Shown: positions 53,120-62,301 of the stretch, piece after piece
Layout: every line of letters starts with the position of its first letter
How positions within the stretch are numbered: position 1 is the first letter of the stretch
Notes under the pieces: model-generated
Seen by the model: only the letters and a program-made list of their open reading frames with translations
Told to the model about the DNA's origin: nothing
Database searches by the model: none
Made by a program: the position numbers and the translations under genes
Origin: Candidatus Binatia bacterium
GTDB lineage: Bacteria; Acidobacteriota; Terriglobia; Terriglobales; Acidobacteriaceae
Assembly: GCA_035516415.1 (NCBI GenBank)
Contig: DATJAI010000061.1
Coordinates: 4,146 to 68,145, forward strand
Length of the DNA stretch: 64,000 nucleotides
Direction: 5' to 3'

Positions 53120-54502
53120 GTGGGGGTCGAGTTTGCCCTGCGCCCGCCCTCCCACCAGGACTCAGAACCGTCGTCTGCCATCTCCGGGGAGAGGTCTGCG
53201 CTCCAGCGTCAACCGCCCGTCGGCAAAGTTCCGCCTGCGGCGCGAGTGGCACGGGACGCGGCCTCCGCGGCCAACCTCCATGGGGGCTACCGTGAGCTGC
53301 GCGATTTTTCGGCAGGCGAGTCCCTGGACGAGTTGCGTGAACTGGCGACCAGCGCGGCCGCCATCGTCACGGGCAAGTTCCTGCAGCGCCGCGGAAAACC
53401 CCATCCCGCCACGCTCATCGGCAGAGGAAAAGTGGAAGAGCTGAAAGCCGCCGTCGCCTCCGCCGCGCCCGACCTGCTTATCTTTGACCACGAGCTGACG
53501 CCCTCGCAGCAGCGCAATCTGGAGCGCGAACTCGAGGTGCGCGTCATCGATCGCACCCAGCTCATCCTCGACATCTTCGCCCGCCACGCCCGCACGCGTG
53601 AGGGCCAGTTGCAGGTGGAACTCGCTCAGCTCCAGTATCTGCTGCCCCGTCTCGCCGGACGCGGCCTGCAGATGTCGCAGCTCGGAGGCGGCATCGGGAC
53701 CCGCGGTCCCGGTGAAACCCAGCTGGAAACCGATCGCCGGAGGATCTACCGTCGCATTCGCCACGTGCAGCAGCAACTGGAGAGCGTTCGCCGCATCCGC
53801 GGCCAGCAGCGGCGGCGCCGGGAGTCGGTGCCCATCGCGACGGTCGCCCTTGTCGGCTACACCAACGCCGGGAAGTCCACGCTGTTCAACGCACTCACCC
53901 GCGCCGGTGTGCTGGAGAGCGACCGCATGTTCGCCACCCTCGATCCCACGCTGCGCCATGTTGTCCTGCCCTCGAAGCGCGAAGTGCTGTTGTCAGACAC
54001 TGTGGGATTCATTCGCAACCTGCCGCACACCCTGGTCTCGGCCTTCCGCGCGACTCTGGAAGAAGTGCAGCGGGCCTCGCTGCTGTTGCAGATTGCCGAT
54101 GTCACCAGCCCCACGCTGAACGAGCAGCAGGCGCAGGTGGAGGAGGTTTTGCGCGAGCTGGAGTCGCAGGACAAGCCCCGCATATTTGTCATGAACAAGG
54201 TCGACCTGCTTCCGGAAGACAAGCGGGAGGGCCTTCGTGACGGCGATGCCGTGACGTACGTTTCCGCCCTGCAGGGTACGGGCCTGAACACGCTGCTGGA
54301 GCTGGTCGATGCGCGTATCGCCGCAGACCCGGTACACCACGCCAGGCTGCAGGTGCCGCAGGCGGAAGGCAAGGCGCTGGCTTTGCTGGAGGCAAAGTCC
54401 CGTATTCTTGCGCGTGCCTACCGCGACGGCTACGTCGAGCTGGAGGTGCGCGCGCCGGAGTCGCTGCTGCGCCGGATGAAACCCTTCATCACCTCCCAGT
54501 AG
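53120..54502 (+). CDS. hflX: GTPase HflX
   Basis: [83 protein letters not shown]. The start is uncertain (see findings). Confidence 0.9.
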   Translation: MGVEFALRPPSHQDSEPSSAISGERSALQRQPPVGKVPPAARVARDAASAANLHGGYRELRDFSAGESLDELRELATSAAAIVTGKFLQRRGKPHPATLIGRGKVEELKAAVASAAPDLLIFDHELTPSQQRNLERELEVRVIDRTQLILDIFARHARTREGQLQVELAQLQYLLPRLAGRGLQMSQLGGGIGTRGPGETQLETDRRRIYRRIRHVQQQLESVRRIRGQQRRRRESVPIATVALVGYTNAGKSTLFNALTRAGVLESDRMFATLDPTLRHVVLPSKREVLLSDTVGFIRNLPHTLVSAFRATLEEVQRASLLLQIADVTSPTLNEQQAQVEEVLRELESQDKPRIFVMNKVDLLPEDKREGLRDGDAVTYVSALQGTGLNTLLELVDARIAADPVHHARLQVPQAEGKALALLEAKSRILARAYRDGYVELEVRAPESLLRRMKPFITSQ

Positions 54503-54801
54503 AGCACCGCGACCATATTGAACGGGCGTGGCTTAGCTGCTCCGCATGGCCCCATTCACAGCCTGCGGTTGCACGGCTGGTGCTCCGCCCCGCGGAAAGC
54601 ATCGACTGCTTTACAATTAGGTCTGCACTGGCAGATTGCAAAGTCTCCTCCGCCCGGCGGATGAGTTGCGTCGGGGTTGAGTAGCGCCGGCAGTGCGGCA
54701 GGGATTTCCTCAGGCCAAAAACGGCATCCAACCTGACCAGGCATGCCGCTTCGTCTCTTGATCCCTCGGTCGCGTGGCGGCTTCTCTGCGTATGCATTAA
54801 C

Positions 54802-57546
54802 GTGGCAATCAGGCTCAAAGTCTCTGAACGTCGACCGGTGGCGCGTGCTCCGGGGAGCAGCTCGCGCGGCGTCCGCAGACCGGTGCGGAGAGCTCGCTTC
54901 AGCCTCCGCGACCCCCTGGTCCAACTGCTGTTAGCCGGCTTCATCATTGCAGGCGGCCTGATGGTCGGTGCCTTCGCGTACATCTACATCAAATACGAGA
55001 AAGTAGTGGACCGCCGGATGGCCGGCGGCGTTTTCAGCAATGCCGCCCGGATATACTCGCGCCCGCAGGTCGTCTCGGTGGGAGAGAAGCTCGATGCCGG
55101 CGAAATAATCGCCGAGTTGCGCCACGCCGGTTACAGCGAAGCTGGCAAAGACGGCGAATCTCCTGTTGGGCATTACTCGATTTCGCACAATGTTCTGCAG
55201 ATCTTTCCCGGCCCACAGTCCTTTCACGGACCGGAAGGGGCGGTGCTCCGCTTTTCAGCCGGAAAGGTCGCCTCCATCTCCGCCCCCGGCAACAATGGCC
55301 AGGAGCTGGAAGCCTACGAGCTGGAGCCGCAACTGGTCACCGCCCTGTTTGAGGGCCAGGATCGTGCCAAGCGCGAGCTCATCAGGTTCCAGGACATTCC
55401 GCCGGTGCTGGTCAACGCCGTGCTGGCCATCGAGGACCGCCGCTTCTTCCAGCACAGCGGCGTCAACTTCTTTCGACTGGCGGAGGCAGCCATAGTCGAT
55501 GTCCGCGAGGGCCGCCACGGCCAGGGCGGCTCAACCATCACCATGCAGCTCTCTCGCGGGTTCTTCCTCACCCCGGAGAAGACAGTCAAGCGCAAGCTGA
55601 CCGAGATGCTGATCGCCGTCGAGCTGGAGCAGAAGTTCTCCAAGCAGCGCATCTTCGAGATGTACGCCAATCAGGTGTACCTCGGGCAGCGCGGCTCGTT
55701 CACCATCAACGGCTTAGGCGAGGCCTCGCATGCCTACTTCAACAAGGACATCCGGAACCTCACCCTGCCGGAGGCCGCTCTGCTGGCGGGTATGATCCAG
55801 CGGCCGAATTATCTTTCGCCCTACAAGTATCCCCGGCGCGCGCTGGAGCGCCGCAACCTGGTGCTCGACTCCATGGTCGACACCGGCGCCATCACCCGTG
55901 ACGAAGCCGAGCGCGCCAAAGCCAGCCCGCTAAAGCTGGCCACGCCTAATGTCGAGGCCAGCGATGCTCCCTACTTTGTCGATCTGGTGAAGGACCAGCT
56001 TTCCGGGCAGTTCAGCGAAGAAGAGCTGAACAATCACGCGCTGCGCGTCTATACCACCATCGATCCCGATCTGCAGCGCGCCGCCGCCGAGGCCGTCGAC
56101 ATCGGCATGAAGCTGGTGGACGAGCAGGTGGAGAAGCGCCGTTCGCGCAAGGTCAAGGTAGGCACGGGTAAGGAAGCCAGGACCGTGGTCATCAACGAGC
56201 CCGGCCCGATGCCGCAGGTGGCCCTGGTGGCGCTCGACCCGCACACCGGCGAGGTGCTGGCTCTGGTTGGGGGCAGGAACTACGGCCTCAGCCAGCTCGA
56301 CCACGCCGTCGCCAAACGTCCCACCGGCTCCATCTTCAAGCCCTTCGTGTACGCTGCCGCCATCAACACCGCCGTCACCGGTCAGGCGCTCGCCGGCGAC
56401 CCGTCGGGCGATCAGCCGAGCGGCGTCGTGCCCAACGGCGATGGCGTCTTCACGCCGGCCAGTCTCATCGATGATTCGCAGGTCAGCATCGTCAACGGTG
56501 ACCAGGTTTACGAGCCCCGCAATTATCACGAGACCTTCCATGGCGAGGTGACCGCCCGCTATGCGCTGGCCCTTTCGCTGAACAACGCGACCGTGCGGCT
56601 GGGCCAGGAGGTCGGCTTCGACAAGGTGGCCGCTCTGGCCAGGGCCGCCGGCATCAGCAGCGTTCGTGCCACACCGGCAGTCGCGCTGGGCGCTTACGAC
56701 GCTACGCCCATCGACATGGCCGCTGCCTATACGGTATTTGCCAACGATGGCACGCGTGTGTCGCCGCTCATGGTCAAGTCGGTCAGGGACGCGCATGGCA
56801 ACATCCTCGACAACTACCACACCGACAGCAAAGCCGTGCTGGACCCGCGCGTCGCCTACGTGCTGACCAGCATGATGGAGGCGGTGATCAACAACGGTAC
56901 CGGGTATCCGGCACGCGCCCGGGGCTTCGAAGCTCCCGCCGCGGGCAAGACCGGCACCTCGCATGACGCGTGGTTTGCCGGTTACACCACCAACCTGCTG
57001 TGCGTGGTGTGGGTCGGCAATGATGACTACACCGACATAAAGCTGATGGGCGGCACGACGGCAGCGCCGATCTGGGCTGAGTTCATGAAGCGCGCCGTCA
57101 AGCTGCCGCAGTACTCCGATACCCGGGACTTCACGCCGCCGCAGGGTGTGGTCACCGTCACCCTCGACAAAGTGACCAACCGCATCGCCACGCCGTCATG
57201 CCCCGACGACTATAGCGTCGCCTTTATCGCCGGCACCGAACCGAAGGAGACCTGCGAGCAGGCCTATGGCGACCACCGGAACTTCTTCAGCAAAATCCTG
57301 GGCCTGGGACCGCCGCCGGTGGCCGCTCCCCCTCCCACCACCAACGGACCGGTCCAGCCAGGCCTGGGCGGCCCGTCGGGCCAGGTGTCGGCCAATGGCG
57401 CCACTGGTCCGGGCCAGGAGACGCAGCAAAAAAAGAAGAAGCGCGGTTTCTTCAGCCGCCTCTTCGGCAAGGGCGATAGCGCGGATGAACAGCAAAACAG
57501 TGGGACGGGCGCTGCCGATAATGGGAACAATCCAGGCCCCAAATAG
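54802..57546 (+). CDS. Class A penicillin-binding protein (PBP1A-type transglycosylase/transpeptidase) with disordered C-terminal tail
   Basis: AIEDRRFFQHSGV, GGSTITMQL, RKLTEM (GT51). STGSIFKPFVY, SLNN, KTGTS (transpeptidase). GTG start at 54802. Confidence 0.9.
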   Translation: MAIRLKVSERRPVARAPGSSSRGVRRPVRRARFSLRDPLVQLLLAGFIIAGGLMVGAFAYIYIKYEKVVDRRMAGGVFSNAARIYSRPQVVSVGEKLDAGEIIAELRHAGYSEAGKDGESPVGHYSISHNVLQIFPGPQSFHGPEGAVLRFSAGKVASISAPGNNGQELEAYELEPQLVTALFEGQDRAKRELIRFQDIPPVLVNAVLAIEDRRFFQHSGVNFFRLAEAAIVDVREGRHGQGGSTITMQLSRGFFLTPEKTVKRKLTEMLIAVELEQKFSKQRIFEMYANQVYLGQRGSFTINGLGEASHAYFNKDIRNLTLPEAALLAGMIQRPNYLSPYKYPRRALERRNLVLDSMVDTGAITRDEAERAKASPLKLATPNVEASDAPYFVDLVKDQLSGQFSEEELNNHALRVYTTIDPDLQRAAAEAVDIGMKLVDEQVEKRRSRKVKVGTGKEARTVVINEPGPMPQVALVALDPHTGEVLALVGGRNYGLSQLDHAVAKRPTGSIFKPFVYAAAINTAVTGQALAGDPSGDQPSGVVPNGDGVFTPASLIDDSQVSIVNGDQVYEPRNYHETFHGEVTARYALALSLNNATVRLGQEVGFDKVAALARAAGISSVRATPAVALGAYDATPIDMAAAYTVFANDGTRVSPLMVKSVRDAHGNILDNYHTDSKAVLDPRVAYVLTSMMEAVINNGTGYPARARGFEAPAAGKTGTSHDAWFAGYTTNLLCVVWVGNDDYTDIKLMGGTTAAPIWAEFMKRAVKLPQYSDTRDFTPPQGVVTVTLDKVTNRIATPSCPDDYSVAFIAGTEPKETCEQAYGDHRNFFSKILGLGPPPVAAPPPTTNGPVQPGLGGPSGQVSANGATGPGQETQQKKKKRGFFSRLFGKGDSADEQQNSGTGAADNGNNPGPK

Positions 57547-57624
57547 GTCTATTATTGAGGAACACGGGGCTCTTTACCGGTTACTCGCCAGACTGGCTTG
57601 TAACCACGACGCGGGAGCCGTGGG

Positions 57625-58428
57625 GTGGCTATGGCTCGCTTCCGGGCTCGGCAGATTTTTCTCCTCCTCAGCACTCCGGTAATCCTTTTGTCTGTTCTTC
57701 CGGCGTCCGCCCGGCCGCAGGAAGTCCAGATCTCCGAGCCGCCGCCAGTTCTCGACAGCAGCGCCTCTGCTGCCGAGCTGGAAAACCAGGGTGATCAGCT
57801 GCGCGCCCAGAAGCGCTACCTCGACTCCATTGACTTTTACAAGGTTGCCCTGAATAAGCAGCCGTCAGCGCTGCTGTGGAACAAGGAAGGCATGTCCTAC
57901 CTGCTGCTGCAACGGCCCGAGCAGGCCGCCAGGTGTTTCGATCACGCCATAAAGTCCGACCGCCATGCTCCCGAGGGCTACAACAACCGCGGATATATTG
58001 AGCAGATGAAGCGGAAGTACGACAAGGCAATCCACTATTACCGCAAGGCCATACAGCTGCGGCCCGACGACGCTGTTTTCCATTACAACATGGCGTCGTC
58101 ATACTTCGGCAAGCATGAGTACGCGCAGGCCGCGCAGGAGTACAAGGCCGCGTTCGCGCTCGATCCTGACATCTTCATCCGCGTCTCGCGCACCGGCATC
58201 ATGGCGCAGGCGACTTCGCCGGAGGATCGCGCCGCCTTCTCCTTCATGGTGGCCAAAATGTATGCCGAGGCGGGAGACGTGGATCACTCCCTCGAGTATC
58301 TGCGCAAGGCCATGGAGAACGGCTACAAGCACATCAACGAGGTGTACACCGACCGCGAGTTCGCCACCCTCCGCACCAACAAGCGCTTCGAAGCCCTGAT
58401 GGCGCAACGTCCGCAGCCAATACCTTAA
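57625..58428 (+). CDS. Secreted TPR-repeat protein
   Basis: Signal-like N-terminus, then repeated A..Y..A...P TPR units (YNNRGYIEQMKRKYDKAIHYYRKAIQLRPDD...). Confidence 0.8.
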   Translation: MAMARFRARQIFLLLSTPVILLSVLPASARPQEVQISEPPPVLDSSASAAELENQGDQLRAQKRYLDSIDFYKVALNKQPSALLWNKEGMSYLLLQRPEQAARCFDHAIKSDRHAPEGYNNRGYIEQMKRKYDKAIHYYRKAIQLRPDDAVFHYNMASSYFGKHEYAQAAQEYKAAFALDPDIFIRVSRTGIMAQATSPEDRAAFSFMVAKMYAEAGDVDHSLEYLRKAMENGYKHINEVYTDREFATLRTNKRFEALMAQRPQPIP

Positions 58429-58452
58429 TTGGGGCGGATAAGGATCGGGCGG

Positions 58453-60633
58453 TCACGCCTGCGTGATCGCCTCGCGCACCATCCCGGACAACTCCTCCGG
58501 ATCCTCCACCGGCGGTCGGCAGGCGAAATTGCTGCACACAATCGCTACCGACCGGTTCGACTTCACCGCGGGCAGATTGGGGACCGTCTCCGCCAGCACC
58601 GGCGGCAGGTTCTGCGCAACCGCTTCGCTGTCGGTCAGGTGCACAACCGACTTGTTGACTGCGAACGGCGCGATAGCTGACTTCAACAGTGCGCCGGCTT
58701 TTTCGTCTTCACCAACCACCACGATCTGGGTGTGGGGACGCGAAAGCCACGTTGCCGCAATGCCCCAGGTCCCGGCGTAAATTCCGAACTGCTCCGCGGC
58801 GCCGGCAAATAGCCTCAGGGTTTGCTCCGCCCTGTCGCGCCAGGTTGCCGCATTGGTGTAGGCATGGAGTCGCAGCAGCGCAATTGCCGCGCTCGGATTA
58901 CCCGCCGGTGTAGGCGCATCCTGGAACGGCTTGCGGCGGGCTGAGAGCGCTCCCAATTGCAGTTTTTCTTCCAGTGACGCCTCGGTATCGAAGAATCCAC
59001 CCGAGGCGCGGTCCGCGAAACGCCGCCACATCTCATCGGCAATCCGCCGCGCAAAATTGAAGTAGCTGATCGCCCCCGTAACCTCGTAGGCGTCGATGCA
59101 GGCCAGGGCCGTAAACGCGTAATCGTCCAGCAGCCCGCAAACGAACCGTTTGTCCGCCTTCGGCTCCGGTGTCCCCAACAAGTCCGGCCTTTGGACTTGT
59201 TGGGGTGGTTGATCGGCGTAGGCAATCACGTGGGCCATGCCGCGCTGCTCGTCCCACGCCTCGGCCAGTATGCGGTCCAGCGAGCGCAGCGCGAACTTCC
59301 GCGCATCGTCCAGTCCCAGGACCTGTGCCGCCTGCAGGTAAGCCGAGACGCACATCGCGTTCCAGTTCACATAGATCGTGCGGTCAACGAATGGCGTGGG
59401 GCGCTTCAGGCGCGCGGCGTATAGCCTGGTTTTCGCCGACGCCAGCAGATCAAGCACCCGCGCCACGTCAATCCCCATGCGCGATGCCAGCTCTTGCGGC
59501 AGCGCGCGTACCCACAGGACGTTCTTCGCCGGATTGTGGTGCATCTCTCCGGTCTCTTCAATGTCGTAGTGCAGCGCGGCAGCCTCGAACTCCTGCTCGC
59601 TGAGCGCGGCCCTGGCTTCGGCGCGCGTCCAGGTAAAGTAGTCACCGTCATCGTCGAGGCTGATATCGGCGTCCTGCGAGGCATAGAATCCGCCGCGTGC
59701 GCGATCGCTCAGCCACTCGTCCATCCAGCGCATGATGTCGCGTGCCACGTGGGCATAGAACTCGTATCCGAAGACCTGATACCCGTGCACATAGTTCTTC
59801 AGCAGCTCCGAGTTGTCGTATGACATCTTCTCGAAGTGCGGCACCGTCCAGCGTTCGTCCACCGAATAGCGATGAAATCCGCCCGCGAGCTGGTCATACA
59901 CGCCGCCCTGGGCCATCTTCGTCAGCGTCGTCGTAACCGCCGTCGCCACCCGCTCCTCGCGGGTGCGAACGTACCAGTCCATCAGCAGATCGAGCGCGGC
60001 GGGATGAGGAAACTTCGGCGCCCCGCCGAAGCCGCCGTTTTTCTCGTCGAACAGCGACAGCGCCGATTGCACCATCACGCCCACCAGGCGCGGCGAAAAC
60101 TCGCCGTGAGCTGCAGTGAAGTTCTCCGCGCCCCCCAGCACATTCATCGCCTCATCGGCGGACTTCAGCACCTCATCGCGGCGCTCGCGATACGCATCGG
60201 CAATGGCCAGCAGGATTTTCCGGAAGCTCGGACGTCCGAACTGGTCTGCCGGAGGAAAGTATGTCCCGCCGTAGAATGGACGTCCGTCCGCCGTGAGAAA
60301 CACCGTGAGCGGCCAGCCTCCGCCGCCGGAAATGGCCGAGACGGCGAGCTGATACCTGCTGTCAACGTCGGGACGCTCATCGCGATCGACTTTCACGGCT
60401 ATGAATTCACGGTTGATGATGGCTGCTATCTCGCCGCTCTCGTACGATTCGCGGTCCATCACGTGACACCAGTGGCACCACACCGCGCCGATGTCCAGCA
60501 GGATGGGCCTGTTTTCCCGCTGCGCCGCGGCGAAAGCCTCCTCGCCCCACTCATGCCACTGGATGGGCTGATGCATGGCCGAGCGCAGATAGGCCGACGA
60601 CGCGCGCGCCAGCGAGTTGGTGGTTTCCGTCAT
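58453..60633 (-). CDS. Thioredoxin-domain protein, YyaL/DUF255 (SSP411-like) family
   Basis: IQWHEWGEEAFAAAQRENRPILLDIGAVWCHWCHVM, GGWPLTVFLT, C-terminal six-hairpin-like region. Confidence 0.9.
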   Translation of the reverse strand: MTETTNSLARASSAYLRSAMHQPIQWHEWGEEAFAAAQRENRPILLDIGAVWCHWCHVMDRESYESGEIAAIINREFIAVKVDRDERPDVDSRYQLAVSAISGGGGWPLTVFLTADGRPFYGGTYFPPADQFGRPSFRKILLAIADAYRERRDEVLKSADEAMNVLGGAENFTAAHGEFSPRLVGVMVQSALSLFDEKNGGFGGAPKFPHPAALDLLMDWYVRTREERVATAVTTTLTKMAQGGVYDQLAGGFHRYSVDERWTVPHFEKMSYDNSELLKNYVHGYQVFGYEFYAHVARDIMRWMDEWLSDRARGGFYASQDADISLDDDGDYFTWTRAEARAALSEQEFEAAALHYDIEETGEMHHNPAKNVLWVRALPQELASRMGIDVARVLDLLASAKTRLYAARLKRPTPFVDRTIYVNWNAMCVSAYLQAAQVLGLDDARKFALRSLDRILAEAWDEQRGMAHVIAYADQPPQQVQRPDLLGTPEPKADKRFVCGLLDDYAFTALACIDAYEVTGAISYFNFARRIADEMWRRFADRASGGFFDTEASLEEKLQLGALSARRKPFQDAPTPAGNPSAAIALLRLHAYTNAATWRDRAEQTLRLFAGAAEQFGIYAGTWGIAATWLSRPHTQIVVVGEDEKAGALLKSAIAPFAVNKSVVHLTDSEAVAQNLPPVLAETVPNLPAVKSNRSVAIVCSNFACRPPVEDPEELSGMVREAITQA

Positions 60634-60641
60634 GCGGCTTC

Positions 60642-60647
60642 AGTCTA
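60642..60647 (-). promoter_or_regulatory. Candidate -10 hexamer TAGACT (minus strand), 8 nt upstream of the YyaL-like ATG
   Basis: Plus-strand agtcta at 60642..60647. Predicted leader is ~2 nt. Confidence 0.3.
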
Positions 60648-60732
60648 GCAGGGAAGCGCACGGCTGCGAGACCACGATCCTGGTGTCCTGAGCCGGAAAT
60701 TCGCACGCGCAGTCCGAATCCCGAAGCTGTTC

Positions 60733-60738
60733 TATAGT
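60733..60738 (+). promoter_or_regulatory. Candidate -10 hexamer TATAGT, 6 nt upstream of the methyltransferase ATG (leaderless prediction)
   Basis: TATAGTgtcccgATG. The seventh nt after the hexamer is the A of ATG 60745. Confidence 0.35.
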
Positions 60739-60744
60739 GTCCCG

Positions 60745-61440
60745 ATGGGTAAGGGAGCGCCGCTGCGCTGGCTGGAAAACCGCATCCTCGCGAGGCATCT
60801 GCGCGGACGGGGCATTGAAATCGGGGCGCTGTGGCGGAAGTTTCCGGTCCCGCGCCGCGTCCGGGTGTACTACCTCGACCGGCTCGCCGGCGAAGAGCTG
60901 CATCAGCATTACGCCGAGCTAAGCCAGCCCGTCCTCCATCCCGACCTTGTGGCGGACGCGATGCAATTGCCGTTTTCTGCCGGCACTCTGGATTTCGTCC
61001 TCGCCAGCCATGTTCTGGAGCATCTGCCCTTTCCCCTGGCCGCGCTGCGTCACTGGTATGAGGCGCTTCGTCCAGGGGGAGTTCTGCTGCTGAAGGTCCC
61101 CGACAAGCGCTACACCTTCGACAGAAAGCGCCAGCGCACGAGCTTGCAGCACCTGATTGCCGAAGACGCCAACGCCGCCGCCTTCGACCGCCAGGCGCAC
61201 TTTGAAGATTGGGTCGAAAACGTGGTGGGCCGCTCTCGTGCCGCTCCGGACTTCGACGGCGAGGTTGCCCGTCTGCTGCAATGCGATTACAGCATTCACT
61301 ACCACGCCTGGATCGATCAGGACCTCCGCCAGCTCCTCGGGTACACCGGCAGTACGATGGGGCTTCGCTGGCGTACGGTCGTATTCTGGAACGCACACGT
61401 CTATCGCAAGGAATGCATCGCGCTGCTGCAGCGGATGTGA
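60745..61440 (+). CDS. Class I SAM-dependent methyltransferase (Methyltransf_11-like)
   Basis: GIEIGA, LDFVLASHVLEHLPFPLAALRHWYEALRPGGVLLLKVPD. Confidence 0.75.
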   Translation: MGKGAPLRWLENRILARHLRGRGIEIGALWRKFPVPRRVRVYYLDRLAGEELHQHYAELSQPVLHPDLVADAMQLPFSAGTLDFVLASHVLEHLPFPLAALRHWYEALRPGGVLLLKVPDKRYTFDRKRQRTSLQHLIAEDANAAAFDRQAHFEDWVENVVGRSRAAPDFDGEVARLLQCDYSIHYHAWIDQDLRQLLGYTGSTMGLRWRTVVFWNAHVYRKECIALLQRM

Positions 61441-61467
61441 TGCTCGCGCAAAGGGGGAGCCGGTTTC

Positions 61468-62121
61468 GTGATGAAACAAAACGTGAAAAGTCAGGAAGCT
61501 CTGGCGAAAATCCTGAGCGGGTTGCGCAAATTTCAGACCAACGTCTATCCCGCGCAACGCGGGCACTTTCAGGAGTTAAGCCATGGGCAACATCCCATTG
61601 CCATGCTTTTCACCTGTGCTGACTCGCGCATCGTGCCGGCCATGCTGCTGCAGAGCGGCCCGGGAGAAGTCTTCATCGAGCGTACGCCGGGAAATATCGT
61701 TCCCCGCTACAGCGATCCCATCGTCGGCACGACCGCCAGCGTGGAATACGCCTTGCTGGCGCTCCGTGTGCCGCTCATCATCGTTTGCGGGCATACGGAT
61801 TGCGGCGTCATCAAGGCCCTGCTCGAACCGGAGCACGCCTCCGGCCTGCCCGCCCTGCAGGCCTGGATGCGACATGCGCTGCCCGCGCGCGAACGCCTGC
61901 TGCGCGACGATGCCGGTGTTTCGCGCGAGCAGAAGCTGCTCCGGCTGACCGGGTACAATGTCCTCACCCAGATGGACAATCTGAAAACCCTTCCCGCGGT
62001 GGAGGCCGGCCTGGCGGGCGGCAGTCTCGAACTGCACGGCTGGATCTACGACATTGGCGAAGGCGCCATCCTCTCCGCCGATCCCGCGACCGGAGCTTTT
62101 GAACCCCTCTCTCTGCGCTAG
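61468..62121 (+). CDS. Beta-class carbonic anhydrase
   Basis: FTCADSRIVP, VCGHTDCG. ATG 61471 (11 nt after AGGGGGAG) is an equally likely start. Confidence 0.9.
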   Translation: MMKQNVKSQEALAKILSGLRKFQTNVYPAQRGHFQELSHGQHPIAMLFTCADSRIVPAMLLQSGPGEVFIERTPGNIVPRYSDPIVGTTASVEYALLALRVPLIIVCGHTDCGVIKALLEPEHASGLPALQAWMRHALPARERLLRDDAGVSREQKLLRLTGYNVLTQMDNLKTLPAVEAGLAGGSLELHGWIYDIGEGAILSADPATGAFEPLSLR

Positions 62122-62198
62122 CTCCCGCCGCGTGATGCGCAGCAGGCTCCCCGCCCTGGTATGGCGTCCCACGAGTTCGCTGACCAGGTGGCTGGTCC

Positions 62199-62270
62199 GC
62201 TTTGAAGGGGCGCGGCTTCAGGCGCGCCGCAAGGCGGCTTGGAAATTGGGGGCTTTAGCCCCCGAGGGCG
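62199..62270 (+). repeat. Two-hairpin intergenic repeat element, copy B
   Basis: tttgaagggGCGCGGCttcaGGCGCGCC... then GGGGGC-ttta-GCCCCC (62248..62263). Lies between the convergent carbonic anhydrase and surface-protein genes. Confidence 0.6.
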
Positions 62271-62301
62271 AAGATAGTACGGGAATTTCTGGGACGCGAC
62301 A

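Noticed and set aside
54628-54641. Sigma-54-like promoter ctggcagattgca upstream of PBP1A.
   Set aside because: The GG and GC dinucleotides are 8 nt apart instead of the 12 nt in the TGGCAC-N5-TTGC consensus.
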